The translations under genes and the position numbers were made by a program. DNA of 64,000 nt from the human T2T-CHM13v2.0 reference genome, Homo sapiens: the NCBI RefSeq assembly GCF_009914755.1, contig NC_060932.1; one strand, written 5' to 3'. Positions 14,641-28,204 of this stretch are shown one piece after another; within the stretch, counting starts at the first letter, position 1, and each line of letters begins with the position of its first letter. Below the pieces are notes generated by a model, which saw only the letters and a program-made list of their open reading frames with translations, did not search any database and was not told the origin of the DNA.

Positions 14641-15079
14641 TAAGAATATGAGGGATTCAGGGATCCAAAACTAAAGATGAATGGATTACTATTGCTCCCA
14701 TACAGCACTTAATACAGAAAAAGACCTTTCTAAATTATCTAAGAACAAGTGCAACCCAAATATGATGCACATACATGCTCCCTGATTGTCATGCTATAGA
14801 AACAGATAGTAACATAAAAATGTATTTTTCTATCTACCCACAGATAAAATCATCCATGCTGTCAAATACTAGGATTCCTTTTATTTCTCAAAAAAAGTCA
14901 ATCTAGTTTATGGCCAAATATTCTCTTCCTATTGCATTGCACACGTTCTACTTCTATGTTTGTCAATAGACTCATCATTTAGTTTTCCAGGGAATGATTT
15001 CTAAATTGTCCAAGAACATCGTTTTTTCTTCTTTTTGTCTAAGTTGTTTGAGTGTCATGGTCATTTAAATAATCTTTGT

Positions 15080-15915
15080 CCATGGCCTCCCATGTCTATC
15101 AATACTTCATTTGCAATGCCTTTTTTATCCAGTCCTTGTTTTCCACATTTATTGCTGTCTCTCTAATACAGGCCCTGATAACTAGTGTAGTTGTCTTACT
15201 AACTAGACATTGGGCCCCTGTATCTCCCCTCATCTTCTACTCCCATTTCACCCTGCAGCCTGCTTGCGATCATGTTACTCAAAGCCTTCCATTTGCTTAC
15301 AAGGTGAAATTCAAACTCACTATACTAGCATTCATGTAATCCCTTGTTTTGATCCCAACCTGTAATTTTAACTTTATCTCCCCTGTCTACTCTACATGAA
15401 CCCAATCTACACACTATATCCAGCACACGTTGCTCTTTTCTATCCCTAAGCTTATGCTCAGTTATATGCCCTTGTCTAACTGCATTTCCCCATTTCCACA
15501 ATGCTAAGCCCTGCCTATCTTTCAGATACTAATTCTTTCACAAACCTCTCCTAACTCCCCAAAATAAAAACAATTATTCAGGTTTGCTTTCATGTGAGGG
15601 GTAGCATAATAAACCTCCTTATTGCCTTTCCTGATTTTGACCCGAAATAGAAATGTCACGTTATTCCTTAGGTACTGTGTATCGTCCAGCAGTCTGGCAG
15701 GCTTCACGGGTGTGTGAAGTGTACAGTCACATGGGGCTACACTCTTGGAAGGGCTCCAGGTTTGGATTCATGCTCTGTTGTCTCTATCTTCAAATTATTA
15801 AATTTTGAACAAGTGTTCTTAAAATTTCCTTTTGCACTGGGCCTAACAAATTATATAGCTAGTCCTGTCTAGCAGTGTATTTTGCACAAAGTACTTACTC
15901 AATAAATATCTGTTA
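15080..15915 (+). mobile_element. L2 3' region, interrupted by MER91A
   Basis: GATCATGTTACTC…CTTCCATTTGCTTACAAGGTGAAATTCAAACTC and terminal ACTCAATAAATATCTGTT. Confidence 0.6.
15694..15867 (+). mobile_element. MER91A (hAT-Tip100 MITE)
   Basis: GGCTTCACGGGTGTG…TTTTGCACTGGGCC…AAATTATATAGCTAGTCCTG. Flanked by TCCAGCAGT (15685-15693) and TCTAGCAGT (15868-15876), consistent with a hAT TSD. Confidence 0.8.
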
Positions 15916-18619
15916 AACAAAGTGTTGGCTAATTTCTGAGCTCATTTCCCTCCTCCAGTGAAACAAAACCAGGTAAAAACCTGAGATATAACTCAGTTGA
16001 CGCCTTTCTTTTTTATAATCATGCAATGGAACTTGATAAAGCAATAATTAAGTAAAATATTCTGGATACATTAGTATTTATCCCAGTATGATGTCATGAA
16101 TTTTAAAAAAGTTGGCAACACTTCATTAAGGTTGAATTAGGTTTTGTATGCTTAGTTACAAAATAATTATCATCCTAACATTTAGTAAAATGATGGCTTG
16201 GGATTTATATATTGCACCCTGAAATGAGTAAATATACCTTATATATTTTACCTCAACCTAGTATGTTTGCAATGATTGAATTAGTTAGAAAAAATTATCA
16301 ATATATTTATCAGATAGTATGATTCACTATCCAATCAATTCAGTTGTATTAGCTAATTCATAAGACATTTCTTGAGGCTGGCAAAATGGTTGGAAGCATA
16401 TTTGTATAATTATTATTTAGAAAACAGCAATAGAGTGGGGTTGTATAGAATTTTATAATGAGAGAGAAGGTTAATACAACCTTTAGATCCTGTCCTATGT
16501 GGCGTATCATGTGCAGGATTTTAAACATTTCTTCTCTGAGAGATATCGAGGAATGTTGATCTAGAAATATTTCCAGACTATTTAGTCTTTTTTATTCTCT
16601 ACAGATTTTGCCTTGAGTTCATACTCAAGGCTAAATTCTCCTTGTCCAAGATTTACAATAGAAAGAATCCTTCAAGGACACTCTGTACTCTTTCTGTGTG
16701 TACTGAATGCCTCAACTCTGAATAATATGGCTAGGGTCGCATGCACAGATGAGAAATTTAAACACCAGTGTGCATGTAGCTATATCTTTCTCTTCTTGTT
16801 TTAGGAGTTATATATTTATATTTTATAATCCAATTTTCTTTATTCTATGTCTTACTATGGAAGTGGCTATAAAAAATATAATAAGTAAAAGTGACTTTTA
16901 TTTAGCTGCCATGCTAGTTAATTCCCTAGCCTCAGAACACATGACTTAGAGAAATATTGTATGTTTTAAGTTATGGACAGTTTTTTGTTTACTAAATATT
17001 ATGTAAATATGTATGACTCAAAAACATTAGTAGGTACATGGTGAATCTTAAATTCTTTAAGATTTAAAACTTCTGTATGTCTGAAAGCTTCAAATTAACT
17101 GATATTAAAATTCCATTCTATTAATAATATCTGGAATTTCCAAGTATGCAATGAAACAATGAATTTCATTAAACAGCAATATTTCCAATCAATACCAGTA
17201 GAAAAATGTTTTATTTTTATATTTAAGATGTGTTTAGAAAAAATATTTCTGAGACTATTAACCAATTATTTTTAGCTCCCTCCTCATAGTGAAGCATGGA
17301 AACTTATTTGGAAAAGGCCCATAATTTTTAGATGAATGATAAATAACAATGGTTTTAAATTCTTGAAACAAATATCATAAATAACTTTAGTATTTCAGTG
17401 TTTCAGTGTTATTTATACAAGTTGTTCTACTTGGCCTGAAAATGCATCATGAATAAATGTGAGAAGGAGACCCATATAGAAGTAAATAGTACACTGTGTG
17501 GCAAGTACTAAACAAAATATGAACCCTAAACCAGAGTACAGACTCTCTGATAATTTTCAATACATTGAATATATAAGACATTCATAAACATTTTCTGCAA
17601 GTCTAGTGAGTGAGAATGATTATGCTCTAATCATAGAAAGATTATGCTCTAATCATTTCCATAGAAAATTTGGTGAATTTAAACTTAATAGCATTTTAAA
17701 CAGAATATATATTTGAAAAATGCCAAGTTGAAAGTAGATTATATTTTAAAACATATGAATATTCAAGAGCTGTGGGTGGAGAAAAAAGGAGGAAATGATT
17801 AAGAAGGTACTTAGAGGCAAATAACATAAAATAACATAACCTTGCTTTCATTTTGTATCTATACCCTAAGCCAAAGATGTGACAGGATGTGATTTGCTTT
17901 TATATTTAAGATCTCTGAATTAAGTATTTGCATTTTTAATAATTTATGGATAGAAGAGACATTGAATTTTCTAGCTGAAAAGGGTAGGGTTATTTGGAGA
18001 AGGGTAGGGGGAGAATATGACCTCTAAGAAAACCATCATGTTCAAGATCACTAGCCAAAAATATTTACTGATTTAAAAAAAAAATTCTCTAAGGGTTAAT
18101 CAGTTTATGTTACATTTTCAGCAAGCATTTTACAATAAATATCACACTGGAAACTGTCTAAGTAATCCAGCTCCACCTGTATGCTAATAATGTTTGCTAA
18201 TATCTCTCTTCTTGATGGCACATGACTTGAGTAATTCTCTGACCGTATCTCATCTATTTAGTGCTGCCCGATGTATAATGGCATGTAGATATAAATACTA
18301 ATGGAGAAAGTGCACTGCCTTAGGGAACACCCATCATGACAGGTAACTAATTGCTTTATGTACATTAGTACCAAGTGAAGCGTTTCACATCTTCTGAAAG
18401 GCACCAGCAACCTCTACTTTCTAATTTACCAAAATGTCATATCCCCTCCCAAAAGACAGGATTACAAGACTTTTTTGAAGCATCTCACTAACTCCTCTCA
18501 ATTCACTATTCCCTGCAAGCTGGGTTGAGAATTATTCCAAGTCAGAGATTGTCTAATAATTCACACCAAATCACTCATGGTTGGGTAATTTTATTTCCCT
18601 TAACGCCTAAGTTTTTGTT

Positions 18620-18664
18620 ACACACACACACATATACACACACACACATATGTGTGTATGTGTG
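18620..18664. repeat. (CA)n/(TG)n microsatellite
   Basis: Seen directly. Confidence 0.8.
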
Positions 18665-19609
18665 CATTCCAACTGTAGACTCTTTATTTCTGATGAACAA
18701 GGACCACTTGGATATAATTTATATGGAATCAAAAGTGTTAAAATATTACTCACTTATTGTATAAGAAATTGCTAGTCATGCAATTTGTTTCCTTTGAAAA
18801 CAAAACTGAAAAATACATTTTGGAAAAAATAAGCCTCAAGCATTAATGACATTTCTAACATGGCATGGAGTGTTGTACTTTGATGTATGTGTTTTTAATC
18901 TGTGTACCTGGTGATGATAGACCATTATTACAGAGTTAACATACATGATGTGAAATGCAGAATTGCTTAGTTTGATGAATTGAAGTTTCCTGTCATGAAA
19001 CCCAAAGATTTCAATGGAACAGTTTGCTGCTGCAATCACCAAAGGGGTTCTAATGATAATTATCTAAAATTAAGAAATGCAATTTCAAACAGAGAGAGGC
19101 AAGTTAGAGCAAATCTTTCCAATCTTTCTTTCTACTGTTTTTCCTATACCCTTATCATATATCTTTACCACTTTCATATTTGAAAGTAGTCCTGCCTATA
19201 AACATAAACTGTATTTGAGTGACACAATTAGCTATTTATTCTAACATCTCAGCACTGCATTTTCTTATTTTGTGGTATTTCTTTTTCATGATGAAAAAAT
19301 CAGAAACTCTCCTTCTTGCACACAGCACAAACGTTTTCTTTCCATAATGAAGAAAAGTGCCACTTTGTGCATCAGAGAAGAAAAAAGCAGGGATGTAAAG
19401 GAAAATATAAAGAAGCAATTATGTGTATTACTGAAGAACCCTTATTTTATATTGAAAGATGTATATATTACATTAAATGATAGGCATTGCCCATCTGGTT
19501 TTGGGTGCCTGTGGGAAGATTGGAGGGAATTTATGACACAGATGAAAGGAGCAATATTGAAATAGGGAGGAGCAATTGCACAGTGGGCCAATCTGACAGA
19601 GGCTGCTGC

Positions 19610-19830
19610 AGTAGATCTGGGATAGCCAAACATGGGTTTCAATCTCAGTTCCCCACTATGACCATGGATGAGTTTAATTTTCCCACAACTCAATTACATT
19701 ATTTATACCATTGTATTCATACCATTGGTCATTAAAAGATGTTTCTTATGGGGCTACAATGAGAATTATATGAAATAATGTAGCTAGTAATTATATGAAA
19801 GCTACTAGGCATAGTGCAAGTAAAGGTTTA
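19610..19830 (+). mobile_element. MIR
   Basis: CATGGGTTTCAATCTCAGTTCCCCCACT…ATGAGAATTATATGAAATAATGTA. Confidence 0.55.
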
Positions 19831-21426
19831 AAAAATAGCTAATTTTCTTTTTGTAGTAATCATTGATTATAGTAAAAACAGGCTTTCTTTACACATTCTA
19901 GTTTTCATATCTGATTTGTTTAACTGACTATCAGGTTAATCACTACAAAAGCCAGCATTATCTATGTCAGGAAGCAGCCCTTATTTATACCAAAAATGAT
20001 TTTTTGAATTCAAGATACTAAAAAAAAGTAAAGGATTATTTGAGCTGAATTAAATCCTCAATATAAAAGTAAATACATTATATATTAAGAACTAACATAG
20101 GCATTAATATAGATAAAGTGAATTACAAGTCATTTACAAATATTATCCACTGCAGTTTTTGCTTATTCTTCTATATTAAGCATCATTCAGTATTATTTTC
20201 CTTCTTTTAAATGTTGAACATTGATGTTTTCTTGTTTAATTATTTTATGCAAGCTACAAACTTGTTACACTTATTCATAGATGTGTATTATGAAAATTTG
20301 CTGGAATATGTAATAAAGAATGACTAGACTAGGAAATCCCTGCAGAAGTTTTGTGGATTATAAGCCTTGGCAAAATAGGTGAGAAACGTGTAATGTTAAA
20401 AAGAGAGAGAAAAAAGCTTAAAGAAGTCCCAAAAACAAATGCTGCTAGGGCATGTTTGTGTGGTCAAAAATCCTAATTTCTATTATAACGTAACATCATG
20501 CCTATAAATGTTGATATTTTAAATTCCAGTAATCAATTAATTATTTTTAGTATGTATCTGATGCCAATGTTTAGACTTTCCTAATTCTAAATTTTGGGTA
20601 TTGATCTCTGTATGGTCACCCAAACAAAGATAACTAGGACCGCAAATTCAGATGTTGCCAGTGTTGGAATACTTGACTAGGAGTTTCTGGTAAAGGACCA
20701 GGAGAAATCAATTTACACAAGCCAATTTTTAAGGACGTTGAAAAAATATAAAGCTAAGAGATACATGCAATAGAGAAGGAAAGCAATGGCAAGGACAGCA
20801 AGGTGATTGTCTCAAATATCACAGAAAACAAAGAAGCTTTTTTTATAGGGTGTTATTTTATGGTGCGGAAGCAAGGCTGCAAGACACAAAATGACAAAAT
20901 GTGAGATAGTTCATGAAAGTGTCTCTTTTATTTCTATGTGCAATGTTAAGGTTCCTTAGACTCGCTGTGATCCAGAATAACTAGTACCAATCTGAGGTCT
21001 TGTTTGTGGCTTTTGGATCATTGTGAGATTGCACACTTGGCACAAACATCACGCTTATTTCAGTGGGGCTTGGAAGCAAGGGAAGAACCAATAGATTCTG
21101 AAATGGCTTCTTGGATAGCCACCATCAGCCTGGAAGGCTAGAGCTTAATATCATACACAAGACTACTGTGTGCTCCTCAAAAGCTACCAGAAATAATTAC
21201 TTTTTGAGCAAGCTGGAGAAAGAACCAGTGAATTGTACTAATAAATTCCCAGTTAACACTGATCCTTTGTTTTGAAAATGGTTCAAAAAAGGGGTGATCC
21301 TTTAACTTGATTGTAGAGCAAGTTTAAGCTTCCAAGCTAATTCTCCAAAATAATTTTAATTTTTTTGTTCACAAAATAATTCTAATTTTATCATATTTAA
21401 CATCAAATATATTTTAAGAATACATC

Positions 21427-21778
<352 letters not shown>

Positions 21779-22875
21779 TCACTTTTGTTAGTGTGAGTAA
21801 TGAAGCTTGGCATTGATTAAGTAGCATGTTTATTTTTCTATAAATATGAGTTCTGCTTATTGTCCCAAGAAGTCTGATATTTTATACTTAGTTTTCAAAG
21901 TGATAGGAAAAGTGTAGAATTATAACATTCTGTATTATTTAGATAGATAAGACTTCTTACTGATAATACTATTTGAGAAAACGCCTGTGCCTTGCATACT
22001 TATATATATGATTTGCTGTAACACTGCTTTGTTTTGCTGTAATTAAACCTTTCTTTTTTGCACATCTCACACAGAAAAAAAAAATTTATTTCACCTTCTT
22101 CTTTCTGCATTATGTAATGAGTCACCCACATATCTCCTCTTGGAAATCCTGATACCAGGAATTTAACCCATCACATGTTAAGTTAATCATCTTCTCTTAC
22201 CAACAGTCACTCTTTCCCAATTTCACCACTAACATTAAAGGTCTTTCTCCCAGTTCCCCAGGGTAAATCCTTCATAATCATTTTCATGTTCCCGGGCACT
22301 TTTTTTTTTTTTTGGTCTGTTACGTTTCTTAAGCCTCCTTTCCATCTTAATAGCCAACACTTTATTTCAGGCATCCAGGGTGTCTCATCTGCATAACTGT
22401 ACTAGAGACCTAGTCATTTCCTTGCCTCCAGGGTTTCTCCACTGTACTTAATTCCCTGTATCCTCTAAAATAATTTTCCTCCAGTCCTTCTTTTTCCAAG
22501 GAGTCATTTGCTTACTTTTCATTATTCTAAATCTGGCTATCTTACGCTTTCAGTGTTCCACTGTCAATTGCGTTTCCTAGCTAACTGTTCTCGCTCTTTA
22601 GAATCTCTGCTCTTGTCAAGTTAAATATGCATGCCTTTCCTATAGTTGACTGTTTCATGTTCCAGCCTTAACGTCAGTCTTTGTTTCCCACAGTTCTCCT
22701 GTATTTCTAACCCTAAATTCCTTTCGTAACTTTTCAATAATATAGAATAGTGTGCTCATGGAATAAAAGACCATGGAGTCACTGAAAACATTTTACACAT
22801 AATTTGAAATTCTGCTCTGCTAATAATAAATATTTTCAAGTGGAGGAAAACAGATTAAATAAATCACTTGAAGAG

Positions 22876-23162
22876 TGTGTTAGATGAAGTTTCCTGGGGA
22901 ACAGACTGAGACAGAGATTCTCTTACAGGAAGTCTTTTGAGATGTGCCTTTGGAATTAACACCTTTAGGGGAATAAAAGAAGAAGGATTGGGCAGAGGGA
23001 AGTGTTGAAGATTCAGCCAAGGAAATCCCTTCAATTGAGGATAATTCCCAAAGAACCAACCACTCAGCTGAGGGCTAGTAGGTCCAACACTCCCAGTAGC
23101 TGAGGAATGAATGTCTCAGGGCTGAAGAGGGTATCTGGGTGGCATACCATAGCATCCACTCA
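22876..23162 (-). mobile_element. Old ERVL LTR (LTR16-family-like), internally deleted
   Basis: CTGAGACAGAGATT…CAGGAAG…AACACCT…AAGGATTGGGCAGAGGG…ATCTGGGTGGCATACCATAGCATCCACT. Confidence 0.6.
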
Positions 23163-23346
23163 GAGACTAAGACAATAATTACATACAATTCTGTAATTAT
23201 AGATGTGAAACATGGAATCACAGAGACAAATTTATCTCTGCTTAGTAGGATTATAAGTGATGTTTACATATTATCATCCATATTTTCTAGTTTTTCTATA
23301 TTGGTTCCAAAAAATAATGACGTTTTAATCAGATACAAGTAAAAAA

Positions 23347-24021
23347 AGCTGTTCCTTCTGGCAAAAAAAAAAGGTTCATCAGAGTTTACAAACTCAGTGT
23401 CCCCAGCTTCATCAGGGTCTTCCCACACGCCCCCATTCCAAGTTTCAGGGTCTCACTCTTTTCCAATCAATGCCCTCACTTTAACAGTAGACACCTGGTG
23501 AGGCTGTGCAGCCATCTTTCATTGCAGGTCAGCCACTCGCATGATAAGAGCTTGTGTCTGTTTTTCCACAATTTCAGCACTTTCTCTACAGGAGATAAAA
23601 CTCTCTCTCAGGGCAGTCTTAGCATATTTGAGGTTCGGTATCTGCTTCTGAAGCTAGGAGACAGAATCCCTGAGTTCATCATTTTCTTTCATCACTTTGT
23701 CCACTGAACTTAGGAGCAACCAACCAGCTGCATTATGTTCCTTGGTTTTCCACATATAATCAAAGGCATTATGTATAGGGTTACTCAGCTCCTTGCCTCT
23801 CACGAGCAGTGAATCAGGAGTGCCAAATGCATTTATTTTGCATAACTATCTAAAAAGTCCACACCAAGGACTATCAGTGTTCTCCACACTATCAGAAGTA
23901 GAGTCCTTAGCAATTTTGGGTCTAATCATATTAAGCAGCCAACGCCAGAAACCCCAAAAGCAACAAAAGAACTCCGTTCTTAATATTCTGTTCCTCTAGA
24001 ACCACTCCTGGTACCAAAATC
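23347..24021 (-). pseudogene. gag: HERV-L internal 5' region (PBS region plus N-terminal gag), truncated
   Basis: Minus strand begins GATTTTGGTACCAGGAGTGGTTCTAGAGG. It translates MIRPKIAKDSTSDSVENTDSPWCGLFR*LCKINAFGTPDSLLVRGKELS…AGWLLLSSVDKVMKENDELRDSVS*, i.e. HERV-L gag with in-frame stops. Confidence 0.88.
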
Positions 24022-24465
24022 TGTATTAATCAGGGTTCTCTAGAGGGACAGAACTAATAGGAGATATATATATATATATATATATATAGGGGAGTTTATT
24101 AAGTATTAACTTACATGATCACAAGGTCCCACAATAGCCTCTCTGCAAGCTTGAGGAGCAAGGAGAGCCAGTCCGAGTCCCAAAACTGAAGAACTTGGAG
24201 TCTGATGTTCGAGGACAGGAAGTATCCAGCATGGGAAAAAGATATAGGCTGGGAGGTTGGGCTAGTCTCTCCTTTTCACGTTTTTCTGCCTACTTTATAT
24301 GTACTGGCAGCTGATTAGATTGTGCCCACCAAACCAAGGGTGGATCTGCCTTTCCCAGCCCACTGACCCAAATGTTAATCTCTTTTGGCAACACCCTCAC
24401 AGACTCACCCAGGATCAATACTTTGTATCCTTCAATCCAACAAGTTGACACTCAGTATTAACCAT
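24022..24465 (-). mobile_element. MLT2A (HERV-L 5' LTR, MLT2A1-like)
   Basis: TGTATTAATCAGGGTTCTCTAGAGGGACAGAACTAATAGG-(TA)n-…TTGACACTCAGTATTAACCAT. It directly abuts the HERV-L internal start. Confidence 0.92.
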
Positions 24466-24942
24466 AGGAATATGTTACCTTAAAAAAAGTACCTTTGAGG
24501 TATTTCCTTTAATTTTCTTCATTTTTATAATTTATATTAATTAATCAACTAATTACTCTGTTCTTCATAAGTACTTTTTTTGCCAAATTTTATCAATATT
24601 CATTTATTACTGTAACTACTCAGCTATCTTACATACATATTTTTCTCTCCAACTTGATAATAAACTTGATGGTAGGTGCCTTGTCTCCATGGCCTTTTTG
24701 GATTCTCTTTTATCGTGATTTTAAAATATAGATATATTTAAATATAAATATATATATACACTTAAATATAAATACATATGTGCATGTATTTAAATATACT
24801 AAATGTTTATATTTACATATATGCATGAATGTATCTATATACCCTACTTGCAGCCACAAACATGGCATTCTGTACAAAGTAGATAGCTATGTTGTTGAGC
24901 AACTAGAGGAAAGGAAATTCAGAGCTAGAGCTAGATTAGCAA

Positions 24943-25240
24943 TTTTTTTTTTTTTTTTTTTGAGAGGGAATCTCGCTCTGTTACCTAGGCTGGAATGCAG
25001 TGGCGCGATACCGGCTCACTGCAACCTCCTCCTCCCGAGTTCCAGCGATTCTCCCGCCTCAGCTTCCCAGTAGCTGGGACTACAGGCGCGTGCCACCACG
25101 CCCGCCTAATTTTTTGTATTTTTAGCAGAGGCAGGGTTTCACCGTGTTAGCCAGGATGGTCTCTATTCCCTGACCTCGTGATCCACCCGCCTCGGCCTCC
25201 CAACGTGCTGGGATTACAGAGGTAAACCATTGTGCCCGGC
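24943..25240 (-). mobile_element. Alu (AluSc-like)
   Basis: Poly-T plus antisense Alu body (GTGTTAGCCAGGATGGTCTC…GACCTCGTGATCC). No clean TSD. Confidence 0.93.
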
Positions 25241-26389
25241 GATTACGGCTCATTTTAATCAACAGCTGCAAGTTACTGGCCGACTCTGGCTCAGAGGCAA
25301 CATTGTGTTTGAAGCTAAAGTTTTCAGGCACTGTTTATGTAATCCCCTCATTTCCTGGTGGTGGTTATGTGAGAAGTAATAGTTAAAGAAATTCCTAAGT
25401 GTCCACAACTAAAAAGGTAATTTTGGACATTCTTGGAAATGGACTGTCAAGGTTACCATAGAAGTTTTATTTCTTATTCCGGGATTTAAGCCCTAGAAAG
25501 TGGAGTCAAAAAGCTTCTGAAAGTTTGAAATGGACCCTGTTGTTTTATGAGTTTCATGGATAAAGTTTTCTGCCACTTTTAAGAGTAGCAGTTGCTCCAT
25601 CAAGTAATAGTCGGTATAAGAAATTATTACAAGAGTATTTTTAAATTAAGCACAATACCGGAAACTCTAATAACCTTTTCCCCTACTTGACTGTAGAGGA
25701 GAAAAGACAGAAATGCCTATTTTTTTTTTTAGGTATCATGAAGAGTGATTAAAAAAAAGGAGTGAGAATCAACTAAACACAGCTCTTAGGCTCATTTAAT
25801 GTAGCAATATCTAAGACATTACTCAGAAATAGCTACAAGTTCCAAGGTTATTTTGAGCTTGAAGTTCTTATATTCCAGAAAACTAAAAAGTCATCCACTT
25901 AACATAAGACAGTCACAACAAACTCATGCTGATCACTGAAGATTTACCAAAACTCAGCAGTTGCTTGGTGTGCCTGTTTCAGAAGAAACATGATTTCAAA
26001 ATATATTTAGGAGTTCTAAGAGTGAGTTCACAGTTATTAGTGAGCTGGCAAAATAATTTTTGAAGTTTGTAGCAATAATAAAGGTAATCTGATTGACAAT
26101 TTCATTTAAATGCTTGCTTAAATTTAGAATTTCATGTTTAGCAATGCATTAATATATTGTACATATTAAGTTATGATAACATTTAAAGAGGATTTATTAA
26201 TGCAAACATAGGTTTTCTGGTACTTTTATCCTGCCTAGTAAAAAAAAAACAATTAGTGTCTGTCACACCAAACTACAGATACTTGTTTTAAAATGTAATT
26301 CATTATCCACTTATTTCCTTTAGCCTTCAAGTAAATCACTTTCTTTCACTTCTTGTGTTATCATTTTCTAATTATGTTGTCTCTATTAA

Positions 26390-26790
26390 CCCAGGAGTTC
26401 ATTATCCTAGAAAACTTGGTGTGATCTTATATTCTGCTTCCTCATTCAGTTGACAAAGTCTGTAGATTCCACCTCTTTTCTGACCTCAGGAATTCCTTGA
26501 GTTTTGTGTCTCCTTCTTCTCCTCTTTCCTCTCCCATTGCCCTAGTCTAGTCCATGGTGCAGTGAGCTCCAAAGCATCCTTCTCTACATTAGTCTCTAGT
26601 CTGTTCTCTGCTCTGTCACTAGTTGACCTCCCCATCTTCCATAAACTTGATTTTTTAAAACTCGTGTTGCTTTCTCATTGACTAAAGAATAAAACCTGAA
26701 TTATCTCAGAAAAGCAAAAATAAGCCTTTAAGCCTTTCCAGTCTGGCTCTCCCTCCTTTTCCAGACTCACCCCTTACCACTTCTCCTCAG
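26390..26790 (+). mobile_element. L2 fragment
   Basis: CCTAGAAAACTTGGTGTGATCTT…AGTCTGTAGATTCCACCTC…AAGAATAAAACCTGAA. Confidence 0.5.
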
Positions 26791-27199
26791 ATATCCTCTA
26801 ACCTTCTTTGACCAAAAAGGTAGATTTGGGAAGAGTGCTCATGGGTCCATGTGGAAAGATGAGGGTGCCTGTTTAGTCAGCCAGAAACTGCAAAACTTTC
26901 TGGCCATGAAGTTGATGTCGGGTATGTAGCCACAGCACCTTCTCTTCCACAGTTAATCTACATTCCCAATGTTTTAGACTTCTCACAATTTTTCAAACTA
27001 TTTGAAATCTTTTGAACTCAAGGACTACCACACTGAACAAGTCAAATAAATTTAGTTGGATATCAGGCATTATTTTTGAACTGAGATATTTTCATCTTAT
27101 TTGTTACTTAATTGACTTCTGTTTCTTAATGTGAATTGTTTATATGAACATGCATAAGAATAGTAGGAGTAAAGGGCTAGTGATGTCTATGAAGCAGAT

Positions 27200-27380
27200 A
27201 CTTTATAACCTGATTCAATCACCAGAATAATTCTACAAGGCAAATATCATTATCTCCATTTTAGACAATGAGAAACCAAGGTTAAGAAAATTTACATCAT
27301 TTACTCAAAGACACAAATTTAGTAAGTGACCAAACCTGGATTGGAGCCCAGATCTGTCAGTCTACCAAATCTGTGTGCTT
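27200..27380 (-). mobile_element. MIR
   Basis: TATCATTATCTCCATTTTAGACAATGAGAAACCAAGGTTAAG…GGATTGGAGCCCAGATCTGTC. Confidence 0.7.
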
Positions 27381-27959
27381 TTTAGGTCAGAAACTTGCCT
27401 CCAGGTTTCTAACTGAATGTCTGTAGCATTTTAATTTGTGCAACCATGTAATATTTAAACTAATGGATGTGATGAAAAAAGGAACATAGACAATAGTCTA
27501 GCCTTTTGACAACAATTAAAGCATACACAAAGCAATTCAAAATCCTTCCTACCCAATAACTAAGCTTTCAAGATTAGTGTATGTGGCTCACCATTTACTA
27601 GTATTTGAAAACATTTTTGATAATATAAATTGGTTTTAATTATCTCTTTTTGTCCAAAATTAAAGATTATATACTGCTGACTATGGAAATTGAGGCTGGC
27701 CTTTCTATTTTCTCAGCTGACTCAAATGAAACCAGATAATTCCATCTGTTTAATTCCCTTTGACCCAATTCGCAGTCACCCCAAATGGATTCCAGAAATA
27801 CCAGCTCTGCAGCTTGCAGAATTTTCTTAAAGCAAGCCTAATGGATCAAAGTGTGTCATTCTATCTAGCATCAATTTATTCATCATACAATAAATTCACA
27901 TTTTGTATAAGCTAACACAGTGCTTAAGATAAAGCCAAAGAGCCTTGAACTCAAAGACT

Positions 27960-28084
27960 TACACACATACACACACACACACCACATACACACATACATA
28001 TATGATGCACATAAAAATATAGATATATATGCAACCATATATACACATATAAGCACATATGTATATGTAAATATATGTATATAC
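27960..28084. repeat. (CA)/(TA) microsatellite
   Basis: Seen directly. Confidence 0.8.
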
Positions 28085-28204
28085 TAGTTTCTTTAGTAAC
28101 ATAAAGTATCAAATTATAGCTGTAGGATTATTATAGATTAATCTATTTATGAAAATTGAGAAAAGGGAAAGGCAAGTGTGGTCCATACTATTAGCAGTTC
28201 AATT

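Noticed and set aside
16585-16610. Strong splice-acceptor-like tract TCTTTTTTATTCTCTACAG (similar ones near 4855, 13732 and 61257)
   Set aside because: No convincing paired donor or coding frame, and such tracts are common in AT-rich DNA. lncRNA exons cannot be excluded without transcript data.
18620-18664. (CA)n followed by (TG)n quasi-palindrome (similar AT-rich ones at 24725-24830 and 53310-53645)
   Set aside because: Ordinary compound microsatellites whose self-complementarity is a trivial result of composition.
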